The notes under the pieces: generated by a model
Databases searched by the model: none
Told to the model about the DNA's origin: nothing
What the model saw: only the letters and a program-made list of their open reading frames with translations
Origin: an uncultured Solirubrobacterales bacterium
GTDB taxonomy: Bacteria > Actinomycetota > Thermoleophilia > Solirubrobacterales > Solirubrobacteraceae
DNA length: 64,000 nt
Assembly: GCA_963844585.1 (NCBI GenBank)
Contig: CAWJOV010000001.1
Span: 40,312-104,311 of the forward strand
Direction of reading: 5' to 3'
In this document: one piece after another, positions 29,722 to 38,720 of the stretch
Layout of the letters: each line of letters starts with the position of its first letter
How positions within the stretch are numbered: position 1 is the stretch's first letter
Translations under genes and position numbers: made by a program

Positions 29722-30958
29722 ATGGGAGTCCGGCCGGGCGCGTGCCCTCCGCCGCTTCCCACGTGGCGGCGGTGCCGTGGCGCAGCCAATCCCACAGGCC
29801 GACCGCGAGCATCGCTGTGGTGAGCACGTAGTAGCGAGCGACCAGCAGCACGCGAATGTGCAGCACCCCGCCGATCCCGGCGGCGAACAGCAGGAGCAGT
29901 TGCACGGCGAGCGTGGCGACGTACAGCGAGTGCGGAGCGGCGTTGCGCGCCGCCAGCGCGATGTTGGCGGCCAGCGCCAGCGCGTGCAGGAACGGGGTCA
30001 GATAGCGCAATAGGCGGTGGGAGATGATCATCAGTGCATACCCCGGGGGATAGCCGCGCAGGGAGAGCATCCCGCCGCGCAGCACGATTGGCCAGGTGTG
30101 GCTCATCATGCGCCGCTTGCGCGCCAGCTCGCCCTCCAGCGAGGGCACCATCCGCTCGGTGGCGAGCGCCTGGGGCACGTACACCGCGCGCCAGCCGCGC
30201 TTCACCATATTGAAGGGGAACGACAGGTCGTGGCCCATGATCGGATCGACCACGATGTAGGCGTCGCGACGAGTCGCATAGATCGCGCCGTTGCCTGCGG
30301 TGATCGAGGAGAGCCGCGACTCCATCTCGCGCACCGCCATCTCATAGCGCCAGTACACACCCTCCTGGTTGGTCGCCCCGGCGCCCTTCGCGCGTACGAA
30401 GCGCACCTGCCCGCAGGCGTAGCCGACGTGGGGGTCGGCGAACGCATCGACGAGGACGCGCGCGGCGTCCGGCTCCCACAGCGCGTTGGCGTCGGAGAAG
30501 GCCACGATCTCCCCCCGCGCGCGTTCGACGGCCGCGTCCTGGGCGCGGATCTTGCCACCTCGTGTCAGCTCCAGCACGATGTCGGCGCCCGCCTCTCGCG
30601 CGTGCTCTGCGGTCGCGTCGGTGCAGCCGTCGCAGGTGACGATCACCTCGAGCAACTCGCGCGGGTAGTCCAGCGCCAGCGCGTTGGCGACCTTCGCGGC
30701 GATCATCGACTCCTCGTCGTGTGCTGCGACGATCAGCGACAGCGACGGCAGCGGCGGGGCGAATGGAGGGGGCGGGTGCTCATCCCCGCGGGGCGAAGCG
30801 GCTGCGCGAGCGGGATTCGGCGGGGGGGCGAACAGGCGAGTCAGGACGGCCAACGCCGCGGCGTAGCCGAGCTGTGCCCACACGATCAGCGTGGCGCACA
30901 CCCAGAAGAGGACCTCCAAGATCGTGTTCACCATCCCAAACCTTGCCTCTCGCCCCAT
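29702..30958 (-). CDS. membrane-embedded family-2 glycosyltransferase (processive synthase-like)
   Basis: N-terminal TM, GT-A core (LIVAAHDEE...VTCDGCTD...FSDAN) and several C-terminal TM helices, an architecture like the NodC/PgaC/IcaA class. Confidence 0.85.
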   Translation of the reverse strand: MGREARFGMVNTILEVLFWVCATLIVWAQLGYAAALAVLTRLFAPPPNPARAAASPRGDEHPPPPFAPPLPSLSLIVAAHDEESMIAAKVANALALDYPRELLEVIVTCDGCTDATAEHAREAGADIVLELTRGGKIRAQDAAVERARGEIVAFSDANALWEPDAARVLVDAFADPHVGYACGQVRFVRAKGAGATNQEGVYWRYEMAVREMESRLSSITAGNGAIYATRRDAYIVVDPIMGHDLSFPFNMVKRGWRAVYVPQALATERMVPSLEGELARKRRMMSHTWPIVLRGGMLSLRGYPPGYALMIISHRLLRYLTPFLHALALAANIALAARNAAPHSLYVATLAVQLLLLFAAGIGGVLHIRVLLVARYYVLTTAMLAVGLWDWLRHGTAATWEAAEGTRPAGLPSRGATK

Positions 30959-31070
30959 CCCTCGCTACGCTTGTTGGCGGCTAATACGCTGAGCGGGTTG
31001 TTCAGCCTCTTTCGGGGAAGTCCCTGGTGGCCGCCGGGATCGTCTTCACTGCGACCACCAGGGCGCCCCG

Positions 31071-31145
31071 CTATCGCGCCAGTCGGTCGATGACCAACAT
31101 GGCAACCAGTAGAGCGATGGCCAATACGATCAGTGGGTTGTCCAT
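31071..31145 (-). CDS. 24-aa single-TM peptide (not in ORF track)
   Basis: ATG 6-7 nt after AAGGAGG. Encodes MDNPLIVLAIALLVAMLVIDRLAR then TAG. Lies between the GT4 and GT2 genes on the same strand. Confidence 0.4.
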   Translation of the reverse strand: MDNPLIVLAIALLVAMLVIDRLAR

Positions 31146-31242
31146 ATAGCCCCTCCTTTCTCCGGGACGCACGATCCCGGAACGGCCCGGAGGGAAGGGC
31201 CGGCGACACACAGCGATCAACCATTCGAGCCACTCTACGGCG

Positions 31243-32565
31243 CTACGGTGACGGTACTCTCGGCTGCCGTGCGAACAGCGAGCGGTACAGCTCTAGCGTG
31301 CGCTGGGCGATCGCGTCCCATGAGTACGGACCAGCCGCGGCGGCCCGCGCGCGCTCGGCCATCGCGGAGCGGGCGGCGGGATCGGCCAGCAGCTCCCGCA
31401 GTGCCTCCCCCAGCGCCGTGGAGTCACCGGCCGGGACAGTGCGAGCTGCGCCAGTCGTGGCGATCTCGGGGAAGCCGCCGACGTCGCTCAACAGCAGCGG
31501 CTTGCCGAACGCGAGCGCGGTGAACAGCACACCCGACTGGTCGGCCTCGAGGTAGGGCAGCACCACGAGGTCGGCGCGCGTGAAGTACGCAGGCAACTCT
31601 GCGTCGGGGATGAAGCGGGGCACGAAACGGACGTTCGGCGGTGCGTCTGCCATCAGCCTCGTGACATCCATACGTGGCATGCCCACAATCCACAGCTCTG
31701 CGCCCTTCCCGATCTCTCGCCACGCTCGCAGCAGCACGTCGAGCCCCTTGTAAGGGCGCAGCAGGCCGAAGAACAGCACCACCGGGACGTCCGTGGCGGA
31801 GGGCGGCCCATCCATCTCGCTCACGCGCGCCTCTGCTTGCCCGCCCATCCGCGGGGCGGTGCCCGGAGCGGCGAGGTGAGCAAGGGCCCCATGCGGGATC
31901 ACGTGCACACGGGCGGGATCCACGCCCAGCTCCAGCAGTCGCCCGCGCCCGTGCTCGGAGTGCACGACCACCGCGTCGAAGCGCTCGTACAACCGCCGCT
32001 GGGCGGCCAGCTGCCCCGGCCGCGGCTCGCGTGGCAGCACGTCGTGGGCGGTGAGCACGAGCTTGGGGCGCGTGCTGGCCGAAACGGGGATGCTCGCCAA
32101 AGGCGAGTGTCTCCCGGCTTCGCTCGAAACGGGGATGCTGGCCGATTCGGGGATGCGAGCAAAGCGAGTGTCTCCCGAATCGGTCGAGGGCGAGTGTCCT
32201 GCAGCTTCGCTCACGGCGGGCCGCCGTCGCGGCAGCAGGTGGATGTCGAGCGGCTGCACCGTCAGCCATTGGAAGTGCACCACGTCGGCCGCGCGCGCGG
32301 CGCGGCGGTAGCGCAGCATGTCGGGCACGTGCTCCAGCAGCTTCAGCGCCTGGCTGGGGCGCGAGCGCTTGCCCGACGTAGCTCGGCGATGGGCGAGCCG
32401 GTAGAAGAGCTCGCGCCGCTCGTACCCTTCGGGCGCGGGCACTGCCCCATAGGCAAAGTGGCTCGTGAACAGCTCCACCTCGGCACCGGCCCTCGCCAGC
32501 GCGTGACACAGCGCGTGGTCGTAGGGCGGCGTGTAGGCCGAGGGGTCGACGACATGGACGCGCAC
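31243..32565 (-). CDS. family-4 (GT-B) glycosyltransferase with repeat insertion
   Basis: Start set at GTG 32565 (VRVHVVDPSAYTPPY). C-terminal GT1/GT4 pattern FVPRFIPDAELPAYFTRADLVVLPY..ADQSGVLFTALAFGKPLLLSD. An insert of about 45 aa is encoded by imperfect repeats at 32078-32212. Confidence 0.75.
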   Translation of the reverse strand: MRVHVVDPSAYTPPYDHALCHALARAGAEVELFTSHFAYGAVPAPEGYERRELFYRLAHRRATSGKRSRPSQALKLLEHVPDMLRYRRAARAADVVHFQWLTVQPLDIHLLPRRRPAVSEAAGHSPSTDSGDTRFARIPESASIPVSSEAGRHSPLASIPVSASTRPKLVLTAHDVLPREPRPGQLAAQRRLYERFDAVVVHSEHGRGRLLELGVDPARVHVIPHGALAHLAAPGTAPRMGGQAEARVSEMDGPPSATDVPVVLFFGLLRPYKGLDVLLRAWREIGKGAELWIVGMPRMDVTRLMADAPPNVRFVPRFIPDAELPAYFTRADLVVLPYLEADQSGVLFTALAFGKPLLLSDVGGFPEIATTGAARTVPAGDSTALGEALRELLADPAARSAMAERARAAAAGPYSWDAIAQRTLELYRSLFARQPRVPSP

Positions 32566-32584
32566 CGGCAGAGACAATAGGCGG

Positions 32585-33772
32585 GTGGGCGACGAGATCG
32601 AGCTGAGCTTCTGCGTGGTCAACACCTCCCAGCGGGAGCTCCTGGTGCATGGGTTGGATGCGATCGCCCACGAGCGGGCTGTGCTGCCGTTTGCCACCGA
32701 GGTGCTGGTGCTCGACAACGGTTCGCGCGACGGCTCCGCGGAGGCGGCCCATGGACACCCGGCGGTGGACGAGGTGATCGCGCTCGGCGAACGGCGCGGC
32801 AAGGCGCTGAACGACTCGGAGCTGATGCGACGCGCCCGGGGGGGCTATGCGCTGCTGCTGAATGAGGACTCCGAGTTGCTCCCCGGGGCGACGCTCGCAC
32901 TGTGGCAGGCGTTGCGGGCACGCCGGGATGCAGCCTGTGCGGGGGCGCAGCTGCTGCGACCAGGCGACGACTCGGCGCGGAGCACGCCAACGGCTGCCGA
33001 CCCTGCTGCCCCGGTTGAGCCTCCTGGGGCCGCCGCCGACCCAGCCACTCCGGCCGCCGACCCAGCCACTCCGGCCGCCGACCCAGCCACTCCGGCCACC
33101 GACCCAGCCACTCCGGCCACCGACCCAGCCATTCCGGCCGCCGACCCAGCCATTCCGGCCGCCGACCCAGCCATTCCGGCCACGAGCCTTCTCGCCCAGC
33201 CATGTGCGTGGCGCTTTCCGACGGTCGCGACGGCGCTCGCCGGTGCGGTGTTTGCCCATCGGTTGTACACCGTTCAGAGCAAGGGTGCGCAGACTCGCGA
33301 GGTGGACTGGTGCCAGTCCTCGGCGTTGCTCGTGCGGCGTGCGGCGGCGGCGCAGGTCGGGTATATGGACCCAGACTTCTTCGTCTACTCCGACGAGGTC
33401 GACTTCGCTCGGCGCCTGCGCGACGTCGGCTGGCGCAGCCTGTATGTCCCGAGCGCGCGGGCGATACATCACGAGCAGCTCGCGACGGGCGGGGTGCCGG
33501 AGCGGCGGATCGTCGAAATGGCGCGCAACCGCGATCTCTACATGCGCAAGCACCACTCGCCTGCTGCCGCGCTCGCGGTGCGCTGGCTGACCGCTTGGTC
33601 GTACGCCGTGCGCGCGCTCGCCGCGCTCGTGTTGCCGGGTCACTCGTCCCGCCGCTACTGGCGCCACGTCACCGCGACGCTGCGCCCGGATCGCGGCGAG
33701 GGCTTGCGCGAGGCCGCCGCCGATTACAACCGCGCGGACGCGGCCGGCCGGTCCCCGGCATCTCCACGTTGA
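32585..33772 (+). CDS. family-2 glycosyltransferase with ADPATPA x7 insertion
   Basis: GT-A motifs VLVLDNGSRDGS, LLLNEDSEL and FVYSDEVDF. Interrupted by a 21-bp x7 in-frame repeat. Confidence 0.75.
   Translation: MGDEIELSFCVVNTSQRELLVHGLDAIAHERAVLPFATEVLVLDNGSRDGSAEAAHGHPAVDEVIALGERRGKALNDSELMRRARGGYALLLNEDSELLPGATLALWQALRARRDAACAGAQLLRPGDDSARSTPTAADPAAPVEPPGAAADPATPAADPATPAADPATPATDPATPATDPAIPAADPAIPAADPAIPATSLLAQPCAWRFPTVATALAGAVFAHRLYTVQSKGAQTREVDWCQSSALLVRRAAAAQVGYMDPDFFVYSDEVDFARRLRDVGWRSLYVPSARAIHHEQLATGGVPERRIVEMARNRDLYMRKHHSPAAALAVRWLTAWSYAVRALAALVLPGHSSRRYWRHVTATLRPDRGEGLREAAADYNRADAAGRSPASPR
33035..33181 (+). repeat. 21-bp x7 in-frame tandem repeat (ADPATPA)
   Basis: Seven codon-aligned units of gccgacccagcc(a/t)(c/t)tccggcc, with point variants grouped in blocks. 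Confidence 0.95.
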
Positions 33773-34666
33773 GTGGCCTGCCTTGCGATCCTGAGGCACC
33801 GCTTAGGTGGCGGTGGCATAGTTGACGTCGCTGTGAGCTCCCCACCACAGACATTGGCGGCCGCCTCGAACGGCCATGAGGCATCCGCCGCGCCGGCGGA
33901 GCAGTCATCCGCGGCGACCGCCGAGAAGGGGGCGGCGAAGGTGATCGTGGTGATGCCGGCGCTCAACGCCGCGCGCACGCTGGCGGCCACCGTGTCGGGC
34001 ATTCCCCGCGAGTGGGTCGACGAGATCATCCTGGTCGACGACGGCTCGCGGGACGGCACCGTCGAGCTGGCGCGCACGCTGCCGCTGCGGGTCATCCCCC
34101 ATCCCCACAACGTGGGGTATGGCGGCAACCAGAAGACCTGCTACCTGCAGGCGCTGCAGGACGAGGCCGACGTGGTGGTGATGCTGCACCCCGACGGCCA
34201 GTACGAGCCGACGCTGATCCCGGAGCTCGTCAAGCCGATCCTCGCGGGCGAGGCCGACCTGGTGCTGGGGTCGCGGCTGATGGAGAAGGGCGGCGCGCTG
34301 GAGGGCGGCATGCCGATGTACAAGTACATCGCCAATCGCGCGCTCACGACGGTCGAGAACCGTGCACTGGGAACCTCGCTCTCGGAGCTGCACACCGGCT
34401 ACCGCGCCTACTCGCGCGAGCTGTTGATGGGGATCCCGTTCCTGCGCAACTCGCTGGACTTCTCGTTTGACTCGGAGTTGTTGATGCAGGTGGTGCACTT
34501 CGGCTTTCGCATCGCCGAGGTGCCGGTGCGCACGATCTACTCGCAGGAGGCCTCCTCGGTGGGGGCGCGGGCCTCGACCGTGTATGGGCTGAAGACGCTC
34601 AGAGCTTTGCTGCGCCTGGAACTGCACCGGCGCGGCCTGGTGCGCAGCCGGAAGTTCACCGCGTAG
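33773..34666 (+). CDS. family-2 glycosyltransferase (polyprenyl-phosphate sugar synthase-like)
   Basis: VVMPALNAA..., ILVDDGSRDGT, HPDGQY, and a C-terminal region like the DPM1/GtrB class. The GTG start abuts the upstream stop. Confidence 0.75.
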   Translation: MACLAILRHRLGGGGIVDVAVSSPPQTLAAASNGHEASAAPAEQSSAATAEKGAAKVIVVMPALNAARTLAATVSGIPREWVDEIILVDDGSRDGTVELARTLPLRVIPHPHNVGYGGNQKTCYLQALQDEADVVVMLHPDGQYEPTLIPELVKPILAGEADLVLGSRLMEKGGALEGGMPMYKYIANRALTTVENRALGTSLSELHTGYRAYSRELLMGIPFLRNSLDFSFDSELLMQVVHFGFRIAEVPVRTIYSQEASSVGARASTVYGLKTLRALLRLELHRRGLVRSRKFTA

Positions 34667-34709
34667 CGGGCGTGCGGGGCTCGGGCAGGCGATCGGGGCC
34701 GGTGGCGCA

Positions 34710-36323
34710 GTGGCTGGAGTAAGGGGCGTGGAGAGCCGCCGTCTCGCGCCCGCCGTGCCGCTCGCCCCTGCGGACGCCGTGGTGGTGGCGCCGGCGCCGC
34801 GATTGCGACGTCCGCACCTCGACCGCTTCGACATCCTCCTGCTGGCGGTGCTGGTTGGGCTCTCGCTGTGGACGCTCGGGCTCGACCTGTGGCAGGTGGT
34901 GGTGAACGGCCGCATCTGGACTGGCACCGAAGCGGTGTACCAGGAGGACGGGATGCAGTCGCTGATGTGGATCGAGGGCATCCTCAAACACGGGGCCAGC
35001 CCCGACCTGTACGTGCTGGGGCATACGGCCGCCGACTTCTTCCAGCCGCTGCTGGCGATCTCCGCCGGGGTCGCGGCGCTCGGGGTCGCGCCCTATGTGG
35101 CGCTGCTGCTGTGGAAGCCGGTGGCGATCGTCGCGATCTTCCTCGCGGTTCGCGCCTACGTCCACCGCACCGTGCACGGTCTCTGGCCGCGCCGCGCGGC
35201 GTTCACGCTCGCGCTGTTCTTCGGTTGGGGGGCGGTGATCGGGGACTCGTGGATCGTGTTCTGGTCGTGGGGCTACCCGTTCGCCCTGATCGCCCTGGCG
35301 TGCGCGATCGGCGCGCTGCTGGCCTACGCGCGCGACCGTGCGGCCGGACGTGTCGGTCTGTTGGCGCCGCTGCTGGGAATGCTGGCGAGCTGGCTGCATC
35401 CGTGGCAGGGGGAGACGCTGATCGTGATCCTGATCGGGTCGGAGCTCGTGCTCCTGGCACGCCGCGAGCGGGTCGCCGTGACGGCGCTGGCGCTGACCGT
35501 GGCGCTCACCGCGTTGCCGCTTGTGTACTTCGCGGCGCTCGTGCACTTCGACGCCGTCTGGCAGCGGGAGCGGGAAGCGGCGCTCAGCACCTATCCGGTT
35601 TGGCTGGTGGTGAAGGCATTCGTGCTGCTGGTGCTTCCCGCGGCGCTTGCCTATCGGACGCGAGCGACGAGCTTCATCGCGCTGACCGCACGCGTGTGGC
35701 CATTTGCGATCGTCGTGATCTTCGCTGTATCGGAGTGGCAGGGCAGCGGGTCTACCCATGCCCTGCTAGGTGCCACGGTTCCCCTGGGGGTGCTGGCGGT
35801 GGAGGGCGTCCGCACGCTGCCGGGGAGCGAGGTCTCCAAGCGCCTGCCCCGCCCCGCGGTGTCGCTGCCGGCGCTCGCGGTGGTCGCGATCGCTGCGTTG
35901 ACGATCCCCGGCACGATCTACATGCTCAAATATGGGCAGAAGTCCGTCAAACCGCGGCGGGGCAACGCCAACTTCATCTCCCACGGCGAGAGCGAGGCGC
36001 TCTCCTACCTCGCGCACGACCCCCAGACCGGAGGAGTCCTCACGCGTTTCTATCTCGGCATGGTTGTGCCGGCGCAAACCGGCCGACAGACGTACACCGG
36101 TAACTGCTACTGGTCGGAGCCAAATTGCCGCTACCGGAGCGTCACCGCCGAAGAATTGCTCGCCGGCGAGCTCTCCCCGCAGAAGGCGCGCGCCTTCGTG
36201 CAAAGTACCGGTGCTCGGTTTGTGCTCGGCGACTGCCGAGCGACCAACCTTACGGCAACGCTTCAGCCGATCACCAGCGCGGTGCATCGCTTCTCGTGCG
36301 CCACCGTGTACGTGGTCCGTTGA
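34710..36323 (+). CDS. polytopic membrane protein (candidate GT-C glycosyltransferase or polymerase)
   Basis: 537 aa with at least 10 hydrophobic helices and a soluble C-terminal domain of about 130 aa. Last gene of the plus-strand glycosyl operon. No diagnostic motif recognised. Confidence 0.6.
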   Translation: MAGVRGVESRRLAPAVPLAPADAVVVAPAPRLRRPHLDRFDILLLAVLVGLSLWTLGLDLWQVVVNGRIWTGTEAVYQEDGMQSLMWIEGILKHGASPDLYVLGHTAADFFQPLLAISAGVAALGVAPYVALLLWKPVAIVAIFLAVRAYVHRTVHGLWPRRAAFTLALFFGWGAVIGDSWIVFWSWGYPFALIALACAIGALLAYARDRAAGRVGLLAPLLGMLASWLHPWQGETLIVILIGSELVLLARRERVAVTALALTVALTALPLVYFAALVHFDAVWQREREAALSTYPVWLVVKAFVLLVLPAALAYRTRATSFIALTARVWPFAIVVIFAVSEWQGSGSTHALLGATVPLGVLAVEGVRTLPGSEVSKRLPRPAVSLPALAVVAIAALTIPGTIYMLKYGQKSVKPRRGNANFISHGESEALSYLAHDPQTGGVLTRFYLGMVVPAQTGRQTYTGNCYWSEPNCRYRSVTAEELLAGELSPQKARAFVQSTGARFVLGDCRATNLTATLQPITSAVHRFSCATVYVVR

Positions 36324-36466
36324 ACGCTGCCGCAAACTACGGTGTGGGCTCGCCAGCGATGCTCTAACCTCTTGAGGTAGCCATACTGCCGCCGGATTTT
36401 TGTGGGCCCTCTCTTTCCTCCGCGCAGCCTGAATTTGGCCGAGGGCTCGATTGGAGATCGGACGGT

Positions 36467-36826
36467 ATGGCGGAAGGCGCTCCTCCCGCTGGAGACGGGC
36501 TGTATCAGGAGATCACAGACACTCTCGTGGGAATCCAGACGAGGTACCTCGGTCACGGTCCGGGGAGCGCCACGACGTTTCAGGACGACAATGTCGTGGT
36601 GACGGTGATGCACGACGTGCTCTCGAAGGCTGAGAAGATCCTCGCGCACAACGGCAACAGCACGGATGTGCGCAGTGCGCGCGAGCTCTATCGACGGGAG
36701 ATGGAGGGAGACTTCCGCGCGGCGGTTCAGCGGCTCACGGGTCGTAGCGTGGTGGCCTTCCTCGGTACCAGCCAACTCGAGCAGGACGTGGCGGCTGAGA
36801 TCTTCATTCTCGACGGCGCGGCCTGA
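36467..36826 (+). CDS. DUF2294 (MpsC-like) protein
   Basis: 119 aa with a pattern shared with the next gene: TxxLVGIxTxYLGxGPxxAxTF...VVVTxMHDVLxxAEK...FxAAVxRLTxR. Confidence 0.6.
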   Translation: MAEGAPPAGDGLYQEITDTLVGIQTRYLGHGPGSATTFQDDNVVVTVMHDVLSKAEKILAHNGNSTDVRSARELYRREMEGDFRAAVQRLTGRSVVAFLGTSQLEQDVAAEIFILDGAA

Positions 36827-36909
36827 ACCGCGCACGCTGCGACTCGCGCGCAAGTCGATCCAGCTCTCTCTTGCTCGCGGCCCTGCGAGGGAGTAGCGTA
36901 GTTTCCGCC

Positions 36910-37269
36910 ATGGCCGAGTCCGAGAATTTGCGGGGCGGTGAGCTGAATGCCGCGGTCACCAGTGCCCTGGTGGGGATCCACACCGAGTACCTTGGGCGAG
37001 GGCCGAAGACGGCCTCCACGTTCCATTACGGCAATGTGCTGGTGACGCTGATGCACGATGTCCTCACGCACGCGGAGAAGTCGCTCACCCGCAGCGACCA
37101 CTCCGACGCCGTCGCCAACATCCGCCACCTCTTCCAGGAGACGATGGAGAGAGACTTCTGCGCCGCCGTCGAGCGGCTCACGGACCGCCGCGTGCGCGCC
37201 TTCATCAGCGGCAACCACATCGACCCCGATATCGCCGCGGAGATGTTCATCCTCGACCGCCCGCTATGA
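36910..37269 (+). CDS. DUF2294 (MpsC-like) protein, tandem paralog
   Basis: Start at ATG 36910. Colinear with 36467..36826 over its whole length. Confidence 0.6.
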   Translation: MAESENLRGGELNAAVTSALVGIHTEYLGRGPKTASTFHYGNVLVTLMHDVLTHAEKSLTRSDHSDAVANIRHLFQETMERDFCAAVERLTDRRVRAFISGNHIDPDIAAEMFILDRPL

Positions 37270-37370
37270 GCGCATGCCCCAGCTCCGGGGTGAGCTCCAC
37301 GGCCACTGTTGGTAAGCCCCACGATCCCTGGCGGTGAGTCTCGCACCGGGTGTAGCAATCTTGGGGGGCG

Positions 37371-37482
37371 CCGGTGAGCCCTATGCGGTAAGCACCCCTC
37401 TTGGTGGACCGGTAAGCCCTATGCGGTAAGCGCCCTCTTGGTGGACCGGTGAGCCTTACGCGGTAAGCACCGTCTTGGTGCC
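37371..37482 (-). repeat. about 37-bp x3 tandem repeat spanning the ADH stop codon
   Basis: Copies at 37371-37408, 37409-37445 and 37446-37482. The third copy holds the last 8 codons plus the TAA of the ADH gene. The others carry the equivalent TAG. Confidence 0.9.
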
Positions 37483-38505
37483 ACCGCAGAGGCAGTGCTC
37501 GCGTAGCGCGCGGGGGGCATCGTCGAGTGGGGCGACGTTGGTGGTGACGAGCTCCGGGCGCAGACGGCCGTCGGCTATCAGCTCCAGCACACGGGGCATC
37601 AAGGGGCGTGTGTGGGGGATGCCGACGTGCAGCGTGGCGCGGCGGACGTACATCCGCAGCATCGGCAGGCGAGCACCGCGGTGCAGCCCGCCGGAGCTCG
37701 TGCAGATGCCGTCGGGAGCGGTGTGGGCGAGGGCGGTGGCGATTGGGTCGGCGCTGATGTGCACCACCAGCGGCGCGGGGGCGTGCCAGCGCAGCGCGCG
37801 GGGTCGCAGCGCGTTCAGGCCCAGCCGCTCGGCGTGCGCGCGGACGTGGGGGCGAGAGTCCACGAGGGTGACGTTGCGGGCACCCAGCGCCCGTGCGATC
37901 AGGCCGGTGTAGAGCGGGGTGCTGGCGGTGAATGTCGCCCGTCGTGAGAGGCAGGCGAGGATCAGCACCTCGGCGTCGGGGTCGGCATCTAGCAGCGCGG
38001 GGAGGTGGGGGCCGATGTGGCGGTAGGCGTCGCAGAGGTTGTCGGAGACGCTCGCGGCGGCGGCAGGGTCGACGCCCGGAGGCAGAGGCACCAGCATCGC
38101 CTCTGCGTAGGGGACGGCCAGCTGATCGGAGAAGGCACCGCCGAAGTGCCCGGTGGCGAGGCCCATGCCGTAGGCGGAGAGCGGCGGCACCGTCAGGCAG
38201 CTGCCGGGGTGCCCGCGGCGGCAGGCGACGCAGGCACCGCAGCTGATCTGGAAGGGGACGACCACGCGGTCGCCCGGCCGCACGGTGGCCACGCGCTCGC
38301 CGACCGAGAGCACCTCGGCGACGCATTCATGGCCGAGGTGCAGGGGCAGCGCCAGCTGGGTGACGCCGAGCACGAGCGGGCAGTCGATGTCGCAGGTGGC
38401 GGCCGCGATCGGGTGCACGACCGCCCCGTCAGGGCCTGGCGCAGGCGGGGCTGGCGCCTCGCGCCAGCGCAGCTGCGCACCGGGTGCGGCGGTGAGGACC
38501 CGCAT
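37456..38505 (-). CDS. zinc-dependent alcohol dehydrogenase / MDR-family oxidoreductase
   Basis: GHECVAEV, structural-zinc Cys cluster CGACVACRRGHPGSC, and a Rossmann region. Start set at MRVLTA; alternatives are ATG 38517 or TTG 38724. Confidence 0.7.
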   Translation of the reverse strand: MRVLTAAPGAQLRWREAPAPPAPGPDGAVVHPIAAATCDIDCPLVLGVTQLALPLHLGHECVAEVLSVGERVATVRPGDRVVVPFQISCGACVACRRGHPGSCLTVPPLSAYGMGLATGHFGGAFSDQLAVPYAEAMLVPLPPGVDPAAAASVSDNLCDAYRHIGPHLPALLDADPDAEVLILACLSRRATFTASTPLYTGLIARALGARNVTLVDSRPHVRAHAERLGLNALRPRALRWHAPAPLVVHISADPIATALAHTAPDGICTSSGGLHRGARLPMLRMYVRRATLHVGIPHTRPLMPRVLELIADGRLRPELVTTNVAPLDDAPRALREHCLCGGTKTVLTA

Positions 38506-38720
38506 CCGTGGGCGCATGGGACGCCGGCGCTGGACGACGCCGTCGCCGGCGGTGGCGGCCAATCGCCGCAGGCGCTGGGAGCGGTTGCGTTCGAGCAGCA
38601 GCGGCATCGCGGCGGCGGCATTGGGGGAGAGGAAGCTGGCGTAGTGGCGCAGCCACCCTCGCGGGCGCCGCGCGCGGGCAAAGGGGAAGGGGAACTGGAC
38701 TTGCGGAATCGAGCGTATGC

